A DNA stretch of 64,000 nt. Origin: an uncultured Planctomycetota bacterium (lineage in GTDB: Bacteria > Planctomycetota > Planctomycetia > Isosphaerales > Isosphaeraceae). The DNA lies in the NCBI GenBank assembly GCA_963845755.1, contig CAWJTV010000039.1:64001-128000 (forward strand), written 5' to 3'. Both the position numbers and the translations under genes were made by a program. Shown piece after piece: positions 40,201-49,561 of the stretch (position 1 is its first letter; each line of letters starts with the position of its first letter). The notes beneath the pieces are model-generated. The model did not search any database. It had not been told where the DNA came from and saw only the letters and a program-made list of their open reading frames with translations.

Positions 40201-40652
40201 CACCGGTACCGACTCCCACGCCGCCCACGATCATCGGCGAGCAACCCCTGTTCACACGCAAGCTCAACAAGAAGCACAAGCCGGTGGGCAAGCCGGTGCT
40301 TACGGGTTTCGAGCTGGTGTTCAGCGAGGCGATGAATGCCGCCACCGCAGGAAACGCGAGCAACTACCAGGTGAATTGGATCTCCTCCAAGAAGGTGAAG
40401 AGGAAGCCCGTGCAGATCCTTCATCCGCTCTCGTTCCGCGTGCACTACAGCGAATCCAACGATTCGGTGAGCTTGCTCCTGCTCGGTAAACAGGCGTTTG
40501 CCAGGGGAGGCCAGATCACAGTCGTCGCCGGGCCGCCCGGTGGAGTCCGCAGCGCCTCGGGCGTCTTGCTGGACGGCGACGATGAGGGGATTGGCGGCGA
40601 CAACGGCGTGTTCCCCGTCCTGCCGAAAGCGCGCGGGATCGAGCGGGGATAG
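37210..40652 (+). CDS. Large Gly-rich (PGRS-like) secreted protein with LEPR-type N-terminus, Pro-Thr linker and Lys-rich C-terminal domain (two frameshifts)
   Basis: LEALEPRIALS; repeated GGG(I/L)Y(V/L)AxG beta blocks between GGAGG runs; NGVATFSDL; (PT)n. Confidence 0.85.
40113..40229 (+). repeat. Pro-Thr coding tandem repeat (CCN ACN)n
   Basis: PTPTPT run of about 18 units. Confidence 0.9.
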
Positions 40653-40669
40653 GGTCGTTGATCCCCGAC

Positions 40670-41522
40670 TCATTGTCCCGGGGTGCTCGCTGCGACCTGC
40701 CGGCTGATGATCGTCTGGGGCTTCAGAGGTGTCGTCTCACCCGGGAGGAATTCGACCGCCCAGACGACCGCCTTGTCGAGCCTCGCCTCCAGGCCGCCGG
40801 CGGTGGCTCGGGCGAAGGTGTACTGCCAGCGCGGGCTCCCGTCCTGGCGAACTGCTTCCAGCAGGAGGATGGCCTCCGGGTCCGTCCCCTGGACGAAGCC
40901 AAACACGCCGCTATCGATCCAATCGGGGTCGGGGCTCTGCGCCTTGCCGGGCTCGGCACGGTAAAGCGGTTTGGCGAGCATGCGCAGGTCTTCGCGGTCC
41001 GATCGGTCGGCTTTCAATCCGGTCATCTTGACCTGGAAGCGGTCGGCGAGGACCTTCATCTGCCGGAGCCGGCCGGCCGGGGACGCGGCGGGCGCGGGGG
41101 CTCCGGGAAGGTCCTTGTACGCGACTCCGGGGACCTTCGGCGACCAGATGACGCGGCCCTCCTGGCGCGCTTCCATTTTCGCGCCCCGCGACAGGGACAC
41201 CAACTCGTGGGTGATGTACCCATACCACGGGTAAACGCTGGCCGAAGCCTCGGGCCGCCCCTTGTTGGTCCACAAGACGAACACGCCGTCCGCTTCCTGC
41301 TTCCCGCGTATCGAGTTACCCCAGCGCAGGACGGCCTGCGGCTTCATCGGTTCCGTGGCGCTGGTGTCGACGAACACCTCGTACCAGCCGATCGACTCCT
41401 CCACCTGCGCCTTGAGGGTCTTCGGCTCCACCTTGTCCCACGACCTGGCCGCGCAATCGCGCAGGGCCGGAGGAAAGCAGCACGCACGCCAGGGTGAGGA
41501 TCCAGTCGCGTCGATTGCTCAT
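40670..41522 (-). CDS. Hypothetical secreted protein (frameshift near 41435)
   Basis: Signal peptide in ORF 41316 joined to ORF 40670 (LRMLAKPLYR, GTDPEAILLLEA). Confidence 0.7.
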
Positions 41523-42389
41523 GATGGTGACCTCTCAGGAGGATGACCATGTGGCACATTGCCCGGAGGGAGTAGGCGAACGCCGCACCAGACCTGCATC
41601 GTATCCGGCCGGCTGGTCAGCCGGAAAGGGGGCGATCCCGTGCGCGCGGTCCGTCGCGAATCCGGCCCGGCTCGCCGGGTCCTCGGCTCATGGCGTCACA
41701 GAACGCATCGACGGGAAGGAGTGCGTCCCATCCGCCGGCCTCTGTCTCCCTTGTATATTCATCGTGACCAGTTGGTCTTCCATACTGGTCCCTGTGTCGT
41801 GAGGAGTGCTGGTCCTCCTTCCCTGAGGCTTTGACCTCTTCGGGAAGATGGCTCTCTCCGGCTTGGGTCCGGGATTTTGGTACATCTTGCGGCCTGGACC
41901 GCTGATCACAAGGATCGCCTTGCCCAAGACCTCCGGAGGAGACTCACGCCTCCTGCGACACCTGTGGCTCTGAGCGTCTCAACGTCTCCTCTTGCCGGAG
42001 GTCCCCATGTCCGCCACCGGACGGGGGCTCGATGCCCGGAAGCGGAGTCGGGGCCGCGCAAATCCGACCAGCATGACGAACGATCTTGGACGCCAGCGAC
42101 GGAAATCGAGCACCCCCACCTCCGGGACTGATGCCTCACCTCGCGAGGGTTTGACGCTGGTGAAACGGACCGGTGCCGCGGTATCATGTGAGGATGGCGA
42201 TCGCCCGAACAGTGAACGCCTGACGATCATCGTAGGCGATGTCTTACGAGTGTCCTATGTGTAAAGCCTCAATACTCCTATCGCATCAATGAAATCCGAG
42301 ACGTCGAATAACGACTTACGTCAAATTTGTGGTGTAAAGCCTCGATTAGTGTTGAGACTTGCCAGTCAGGCACCGTGAAGAGCCGACCT

Positions 42390-42911
42390 ATGCGACTGCC
42401 CCGGATGACGACAAGGCGGTGGATGGTCGCGATCCTCGCCGTAGGGCTTACGATGGCGGCTACGGTCAAATTGATACGGCTGTCCCAGGCAGCCCAGCGT
42501 TATCGACTCAGGGCCCAAGAATACTCAGCGATAGCGATTATGTGGAAGAGACATCACACGGGATTCCGGAATGAAGCTGATCGCTGGAGAAAGGCGGGCC
42601 ATCAGGAACTCGCCGAGTTATACGAATTCGTTCGGTCGAACGGGGAAGCCGCTGAGTCGTGCGCGAGGGGATGGCAAGAGAAATACGAATACGCCGCCTC
42701 GCATCCGTGGATCGGGGAACCGAGACGGGCGCCGGGCACCTACGTCGATCAGCCCTCCAGCTGCGCGACGAGTCAGGCATCTCTTGGGGCGAAGGTGTCA
42801 GTAGCTTTCGCGGCCACGATTGCCGTTGCCTTATTCATAATCATGTGGACTCGCCGATTTGCAGACTCAGAACCCTCTCATACCGAGCCGGCCGTGAGCT
42901 GTGAACTATAG
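42390..42911 (+). CDS. Hypothetical membrane protein
   Basis: MRLPRMTTRRWMVAI N-terminus; KYEYAASHPW; C-terminal TM. Confidence 0.6.
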   Translation: MRLPRMTTRRWMVAILAVGLTMAATVKLIRLSQAAQRYRLRAQEYSAIAIMWKRHHTGFRNEADRWRKAGHQELAELYEFVRSNGEAAESCARGWQEKYEYAASHPWIGEPRRAPGTYVDQPSSCATSQASLGAKVSVAFAATIAVALFIIMWTRRFADSEPSHTEPAVSCEL

Positions 42912-42967
42912 ATCAGATGCTCCAGGTGATGTCCGGGGCGCCAAGCGCTTTGATCGAGGAGAGGCTC

Positions 42968-43372
42968 ATGTTGACACCCGAGTCCCCAGGGCCAAACGAC
43001 GCCCCCTCTGGCGGTCGGCTCGTCTGGCTGGATGACGATGCCTTCGAGAAGCTCTTTCCCAAGACGACCATAGACCACCTCCTCTCCGAGGAGGAACGGC
43101 AGAAAGCAGAGCGGGAGCGGAAGGAATTCGAGGCCGTAGGCAGGACGCTGTTCCTGAAAGATATGGCGGAAGTCTTACCGGAGGCGGAACTCTATGCGAT
43201 TGCCTACGAAGTGATGTGCGGGTCGATTGCCTCCGGCGTGGTAAGCCCGAATGAGATCCGAGAGCAGTTGTCGATGCTCCACGGGCCTCTTTACCCGGTC
43301 ACCCCTATCATCCGAGAGGCGTATGAGGACGCACTGGCGGGTCGTCCCCCGAGACTCTCCTCGACGCTGTGA
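42968..43372 (+). CDS. Hypothetical protein
   Basis: GAGGAGAGG RBS; acidic, natural-looking composition. Confidence 0.55.
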   Translation: MLTPESPGPNDAPSGGRLVWLDDDAFEKLFPKTTIDHLLSEEERQKAERERKEFEAVGRTLFLKDMAEVLPEAELYAIAYEVMCGSIASGVVSPNEIREQLSMLHGPLYPVTPIIREAYEDALAGRPPRLSSTL

Positions 43373-43392
43373 GCGCAAAGTCTGATTCATAG

Positions 43393-44286
43393 TTGAAACT
43401 TGCCATTCGGGCTCCGGCCCGGAGGCGAAGCGTAAACGGTGATCCAGAAGCGAGATTTTATGGTCAAGCCCAGGAGAGCCGTGCCTTGGATGCCCACCTT
43501 CGAGACATTTACGAAGCAGACATTGACGGCCCGGGGGACCTGTCGCTCAAAAAAGACGCTCCCACGACGCGTGCGCCCTGGTTGCTTGTCGGCATTGCGC
43601 TCATAAGCTTGGGGTGGGCTGCTACGTCGATCTTTCTGTTCATCCAGGCGGAGCAAGTACGACGTCCGACAGCTCACCTCCTGAGCACCCCGGATGAGTT
43701 CGACCACCCCGTGCGGCCGTCGGCCGTTAGACCACTGTTCGCTGACATACCTGCCCCGGTTCGGAGGAAAGGGTTGCCAGGGTCTGAGGTCAGCCTCGCT
43801 TCCGACGTGAGAGCAGCCGAAGAGCGAGGCGGCGACGCTCTATGGACATCCCACGAGGCGTTCGGCGTTCACCCCACGAGATCGCAGACATCGACTTCGG
43901 ATGGCTTGAAGCGGCAGGTCTGCCCCGGTCGGGAAATCGACGGCTGGTTGATGAAGGTGAACTGGTCGATCCTGCGCGGAGCCGGAAGCTCCAAGTACAA
44001 CTACACTGGACATCCCGAAGTCTACGAGCTAACCCTACGTTTTCCCGAGGATCTTGCGGGCTCCGAGGTCTGGCTCTGGGGTCACAACTACGACTTCGGG
44101 GCTAGGAAGTTCACGTGCCCCAACCAGAAGTTCGAGGGCGTCAAGGACGGGGATTGGGTGAGGGTGTTCGGCGTCCTGCGGACGACGTCCCGGATGGAAT
44201 GGGACCGAACGAAAACCGGTGAGTTGCTTTCTCTGGGCGAGATGATCATTTCAGACATACGGATAGTGGATGCAATAAAGGAGTAG
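43393..44286 (+). CDS. Hypothetical single-TM protein with possible C-terminal OB-fold
   Basis: TM WLLVGIALISLGWAATSIFLFI; VKDGDWVRVFG; start uncertain. Confidence 0.55.
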   Translation: MKLAIRAPARRRSVNGDPEARFYGQAQESRALDAHLRDIYEADIDGPGDLSLKKDAPTTRAPWLLVGIALISLGWAATSIFLFIQAEQVRRPTAHLLSTPDEFDHPVRPSAVRPLFADIPAPVRRKGLPGSEVSLASDVRAAEERGGDALWTSHEAFGVHPTRSQTSTSDGLKRQVCPGREIDGWLMKVNWSILRGAGSSKYNYTGHPEVYELTLRFPEDLAGSEVWLWGHNYDFGARKFTCPNQKFEGVKDGDWVRVFGVLRTTSRMEWDRTKTGELLSLGEMIISDIRIVDAIKE

Positions 44287-44511
44287 ACCCAGGACGACGA
44301 CGCGTAGGTGGCACGTCTGATCTATAGTTGGTGCGGACAGGTGGGCGCGGGACCATCCAGGACGTGGAAAGAGTGATCCAGCTCATAGATGATATCATGA
44401 GGGAGAACCATGTCACCCTGTCTTCGGATACTAGCAGGGATCGGTCAAATCTCTTCTACATGTTAAATTGTTTCGATTTTGGTAATGGGTGCGCTTTAGG
44501 AGGACCCCAGG

Positions 44512-45760
44512 ATGTGGCGAGTCGTTTCGGTCTTTCTGCTCTTCGGAAGCGCCTCGTTGGCACTCTGGGCTCGCGACGAACCACCGCCGGGACCCAGAAC
44601 GCCGCCGGAGCAGTATCGGGCGCTGGTCGGGGAACACCAGGAGGCGGAGCGCCAGTTCTGGGGAACTTATCGGAAGATCAAGGCGCCCGTCGAACGGCGA
44701 AAGTTCTTCGCAGAGCGGTTTCCCCAACCTGGGCAGTACATCTCTCGGTTCCTCGAGATCGCCCGATCGGCCCCCGAGGACCAGGCGGCCGTCGATTCCC
44801 TCATCTGGATCGTGAAGAACGGCGGTTGCGACCCGGAGGTCAACCGAGCGGCCGAGCGGCTCGCGACTAATCATGCCAGCAACAAGAGGCTGGGCATGAT
44901 CGCCCCGAGACTGGTCCCCAACCTCGTTTATTCGCTCTCACCGTCGGCGGAGAAACTGCTCCGTGCGATCATTGCACAGAACCCGGACCGGGTCGCCCAG
45001 GGCCAGACCTGCATGGCTCTGGGCGAGTACCTCAAACGCGAATCCGAACTGGTCCTGCGCCCTGAAGGGAGATACCCAGCAGGCCCGGCAATTACAGTCG
45101 TATTACAAGATGTACGGTGCCGACGAGGCATCATTCCGGTCTGTCCGGGCATGGAATCCCGACGACTTGGCCAGGCAATCCGAAGCGATGTTCGTGCGAG
45201 CCGCAAAGAGGTACGCCGATGTGAGCGATTTCCTCCGCATCGTGGACATGGGAGCCCATGCCAAACTATTTGCAAATCCCAACCTGGGCATCGGCAAGCC
45301 GGCTCCCGAAATCATCGGTGAGGATATCGAGGGCAACCCGTTCAAGCTCAGCGACCTCAAGGGCAGGGTGATCGTGCTCCTCTTCTGGGGTGATTGGAAC
45401 GGGCCGAGCCGGACCTTGTACCCGCTCGCGCGGTCCCTGGTGCAGAAGATGGAGCGCAGGCCCTTCGCCCTGCTGGGCATCAATAGCGACAAGGACAAGG
45501 CGAAGCTGAGCCAGAGGATCAAGGACGAGGATATCAACTGGCGCTCGTGGTGGGACGGGGGCAGCGATCATGGGGCGATCGCTGCTGGGTATGGTATCCC
45601 CGGCTGGCCGACCATCTACATTCTCGATCACCACGGCATCATCCGCCACAAGTTCCTCGGCCCCCCGGATGACGAGACCTTCGATCTCGAGAAGGTCATC
45701 GACGAACTGACGACCGCGGCAATCACGGAGGCCCGTTCGCCCAGGCCGACTACGAAATGA
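44512..45760 (+). CDS. Secreted TlpA/redoxin-like protein lacking the CxxC cysteines (frameshift near 45060)
   Basis: AGGAGG RBS; signal peptide; GKPAPEIIGEDIEG..LSDLKGRVIVLLFWGDWNGPSR..GWPTIYILD. Confidence 0.85.
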
Positions 45761-45938
45761 GTGACGCTCCCCTCCGGGACGACGAGCCTGATCCACCATT
45801 CGGAGGCCGACCTGCTCGACAGGCGCAACGCCTGAATCATAGTTGAGACGTGCCACTCGGGCCTTGGCCCGGCAGCAAAACGCAAAAGGTGATCCAGAGA
45901 TCAGAGATGCCAGACCTCGGTTCGCGGGAGCCTGCGCC

Positions 45939-46437
45939 ATGGGATCGCCCCGACTTGCGATCGCCCTGACGAAATGCCTGTTCTCAGGGTCGGTCGCATT
46001 GCTCCTCATCGGGATCCTCACCGGCCTGCTCACACCGGCACGCGTGCACTTCATCGGTCCGGCCGATCGGAATCTCCACTTCCAAATCGTCGATCAGTCG
46101 CGGGGGGCACCGGTCGCCGGCGCTCGGCGTGGCGCTCGTCCATCCCTACGATCCTGAGCAGCCACCGATCGAGGGCATCACTGATCGGCAAGGCCGGGTC
46201 GAGTTGCGGGGCCGGTTCACACAGTCCGGAGGGGGCGACACCTGGCATGGTTCACGAGTGACGTACTACACCTATGGTCCCTGGTGCGTCACGGTCCGAG
46301 CCGATGGCTACCGGGATTTGCGCCGTGCCTTGGGGGACCATGCCGCCCCGGGGGATACCCCTAATCAGCTGTTGAACCTAAGCGACCCCGCGCCCTCACC
46401 GATCATCATCAAGATGGATCAGCTCGGGAGCCGCTAA
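45939..46437 (+). CDS. Hypothetical protein with carboxypeptidase-regulatory-like beta-sandwich (frameshift)
   Basis: TM followed by GAPVAGA, TDRQGRV, VRADGY. Confidence 0.5.
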
Positions 46438-47034
46438 CACTGAAGCGAGACGCTGTTCGGTGATGCCCGGCTGGAAGGGTGATTCATGAACGACACTTTA
46501 CATCAGGCGCGACGATGACCCATCAGGAAAGCGGTGGCGGGCTTGGCCCGCGCTGGTGATGAGTCTCGGGGGAGACGAGTCTCCCTCTCCCCAGACCCCC
46601 TCTACCCACTTCCCTGTTCCGCCAGAGAGGCATGCCAGGAATCGCAGAAGCCTTCGAGATGGCCGCTCACATCCCCGTGGAAGAACGGCCGCACGGAAGA
46701 CGGTGGAGCAGTGCCTCATTACCCAGACCTCCTCTCTGGTCCGGCGGACCGCTCTCAAGTCGCCAGCCGGAGCCAAACCCACGGGCGACCTGCGTCTCGA
46801 ATGGAACTCCCATGCATGCCGTCATCACGCCCCACGGCCCATGACTTTCAAAGGTACATCTTCCCGTTGCCGCGGAGATCGACGTATCGACCGATCGAAA
46901 ATCGAGTTGACCTGCGGCGCGGTCGCCCAGTAGATTAGTCGGGACAACTGCAAATTTTTGCAGAACCAGAATACTTGAGCCATCCGGCCAGATCCGCCCG
47001 ATCGTCATGGCAGTCAAACCTGAATAGTCCCATA

Positions 47035-47388
47035 ATGGTTGCGCTCGTCCTCAGTTTCGGCCTCGTCATTTCCGCCAGCTCGGGACGGCCCTCCATCGCC
47101 CTACCTCTCGATCCAGGGCCGCCCGCCCTCTCCGCGGATGAGATCGTCCTGGTGGGAATGCATTCCCCGATGGATCACGGTCTTCCGAGGCCCCTGACCC
47201 GCGACGGCTTGACCGAAGCGGATGCGGAAGAGGAAGACGACGAGATGGTCGCCCTCCGTCGCGTACTCACCTCATCGGTCCTGAATCTGGCCGTCAAGGT
47301 CCGGCGACAGGACCAGCCCACCGCCTCGCACGACTCGGGAGACGGTCTTCTCCACGAACTGCACTACTCCTGGCAGCTCCTCTGTTGA
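47035..47388 (+). CDS. Hypothetical protein
   Basis: Hydrophobic N-terminus, acidic tract; no recognised motif. Confidence 0.35.
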   Translation: MVALVLSFGLVISASSGRPSIALPLDPGPPALSADEIVLVGMHSPMDHGLPRPLTRDGLTEADAEEEDDEMVALRRVLTSSVLNLAVKVRRQDQPTASHDSGDGLLHELHYSWQLLC

Positions 47389-47747
47389 GTCCGGACCGGA
47401 CTGCGCACTCACCACAATGTTCCCTGTCCCAGCGCCGGGATCGGGGCAAGGTGCCGAGGGGTTGCGAGGTCGCGCGCCGTTGTGAATCATCAGGAGTGGG
47501 GCGCCCGCCGGACGAGTCGTCCCCTCCCGCGAGTCTCTGAAAGAAGCTCAGACGACGGAACTCCACAGGGCGCGAATGCGAACGGCTGGCGGGTTGACGG
47601 GCGGTCTTCTCGTTAAACGGTCGCGTCTCGATGGTGCCGCGCGGGACGAATCCGCCGACTCGAGACCGGCCGATCCCGTTTGGAAGAGCAAAGGCCGCGT
47701 GGAATCCATCCCCAGATCCGATGACTATCGATCAGGAGTAACCTGGT

Positions 47748-49319
47748 ATGAGTGCCGGACGAATTCCGAGGCTCGCCTTGTCCTTCCTCGTGGCCGCGTT
47801 GATCGTCTCCGTCCCGATCTGGGCGCAGGAAATTAAGGGAACCATCAAGTCAGTCGATCCAGCCACGTCCCAGATGGTCATCGAGGATGAGCATTCGAAA
47901 ACCGAAACGACTGTGAACCTCGGTGCCCTGGTCAAGGCCGGTCTGGGAAAGAACGTCAATCTCAAGACTCTCAAACCGGGAGCGAGGGTGGCCGTCACCA
48001 CGGGGGTCGTGGCGTCCAGGGTGGCGATCGAGGAAAGCGAATCGTCCGAGGTCGCGCCGCAGATGACGATCCTCGAGGAGTTCTGGTACAACTTCCGTCA
48101 TAACCTCTTCAAACCGCTGCTGCTCTTCTTCTATCTCGGGTTCCTGGTCCCGATCCTTAAAGTGAAATTTGAGTTCCCCTATGTGATGTACCAGGCACTC
48201 ACGATCTACCTGCTGCTGGCCATCGGCTGGCACGGGGGAGAGGAGCTCGCCTTCCTGAAACTGAGCGACGTCGGCAGGATTGTCGGGTTCATGTGCGTGG
48301 GCTTCGTCCTGAACTTCTTCATCGGGGTCGCCTCATATCTCATGCTCCGGGCTGCCACCCGGATGAGGCACATCGACCAGGCGACAGTGGCCGGCTACTA
48401 CGGGTCGGATTCGGCGGGCACGTTCGTGACGTGCATCGGTGTGCTGGCGACGGCCCACATCGTCTACGACGCCTATATGCCCGTCATGCTGGCTCTGATG
48501 GAGATCCCCGGCTGCCTGGTGGCGCTGTACCTGGTGGCCCGGCTGCGCGAGAAGGGAATGGACGCGTTCGGGAACATGCCGGACGAGCCGGGATATGACC
48601 CGATGGCCAAGGCGCCGGCTCTGGCGGGCGAGCATGGTCACGGAGACCACCCCGAGACCAAACGCGAGCGGGACATCGAGCAAGAACTCGAGATGTCGCT
48701 GGAGAAGCGGGAGCATCCCGAGCGGGACGGAAATGGCAATGGCAACGGCAATGGCAATAGCATCATCAATGGCAGGAAGAAGTCCCTGATCGACGGCAAG
48801 TTCCTTCATGAGGTCTTCCTCAACACGGGCCTGTATCTGCTGTTCGGGGGGATCATCATCGGCCTGATCAGCGGCTTGCAGGGAGAACAGGTGACCCGGC
48901 CCGACGACCAGTTCTTCGTGACCTTATTCCAGGGCGTGCTTTGCCTGTTCCTGCTCGAGATGGGGATGACCGCATCGCGCAAACTCAAGGACCTGAAATC
49001 CGGTGGTACCGGATACATCGCATTCGGATTGCTTGCGCCCAACCTGTTCGCGACCATCGGGATCGTCGTCGCCCACACTTATGCGTACATGACCGGCACG
49101 CACTTCCAGCCGGGGTCCTACATCTTGTTCGCGGTGCTCTGCGGCGCGGCGTCGTACATTGCGGTCCCCGCGGTCCAGCGGATGGCCATCCCCGAGGCCA
49201 GCCCATCCTTGCCACTGGCGGCGTCGCTGGGATTGACCTTCTCGTATAACGTGACGATCGGTATCCCAATCTACATCGAGATCGCCAAGGTCGTAACCCG
49301 GACGTTTCCCATCGCCTGA
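47748..49319 (+). CDS. sbtA: Sodium-dependent bicarbonate transporter family (SbtA/DUF897) with N-terminal exported extension
   Basis: TIYLLLAIGWHGG, YYGSDSAGTF, LFLLEMG, AASYIAVPA, SLGLTFSYN; about 10 TMs. Confidence 0.9.
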   Translation: MSAGRIPRLALSFLVAALIVSVPIWAQEIKGTIKSVDPATSQMVIEDEHSKTETTVNLGALVKAGLGKNVNLKTLKPGARVAVTTGVVASRVAIEESESSEVAPQMTILEEFWYNFRHNLFKPLLLFFYLGFLVPILKVKFEFPYVMYQALTIYLLLAIGWHGGEELAFLKLSDVGRIVGFMCVGFVLNFFIGVASYLMLRAATRMRHIDQATVAGYYGSDSAGTFVTCIGVLATAHIVYDAYMPVMLALMEIPGCLVALYLVARLREKGMDAFGNMPDEPGYDPMAKAPALAGEHGHGDHPETKRERDIEQELEMSLEKREHPERDGNGNGNGNGNSIINGRKKSLIDGKFLHEVFLNTGLYLLFGGIIIGLISGLQGEQVTRPDDQFFVTLFQGVLCLFLLEMGMTASRKLKDLKSGGTGYIAFGLLAPNLFATIGIVVAHTYAYMTGTHFQPGSYILFAVLCGAASYIAVPAVQRMAIPEASPSLPLAASLGLTFSYNVTIGIPIYIEIAKVVTRTFPIA

Positions 49320-49405
49320 CCGGCCCCGATCTCGTCGTCGGGGCCCTGTCGCGGCACGATCCACCAGGTATCGATGGAACTGTCTTTGCAGCCAGCTAGT
49401 GTGAC

Positions 49406-49543
49406 TTCCGGGATGCCGAGTCGGCACCCGGGAAAGGCCGAACACGCAATGGCCCCAGCGGGGCACGTCTGTCGGTGATGAGACGGCCACTCTCCCCGCC
49501 CGGGTGCCGATTGCAGACCCTGCCGGGCGGGCCTTTTCTTCTT
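49406..49543 (+). promoter_or_regulatory. Candidate attenuator/riboswitch leader with intrinsic terminator before dabA
   Basis: Stem CCCGCCCGG/CCGGGCGGG then CCTTTTCTTCTT; 12-bp alternative pairing 49421-49432 with 49499-49510. Confidence 0.5.
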
Positions 49544-49561
49544 ACGAGCCGATCGATCCCC

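Noticed and set aside
46440..46975. Short ORFs here and at 12754-13250 and 41560-42260
   Set aside because: No RBS, motif or consistent coding pattern; probably intergenic or decayed fragments
49398..49520. ZTP, SAM-I or cobalamin riboswitch
   Set aside because: Only fragments resemble them (GTGACT, CGCCCGGG, GGTGCC); core consensus elements are missing by eye
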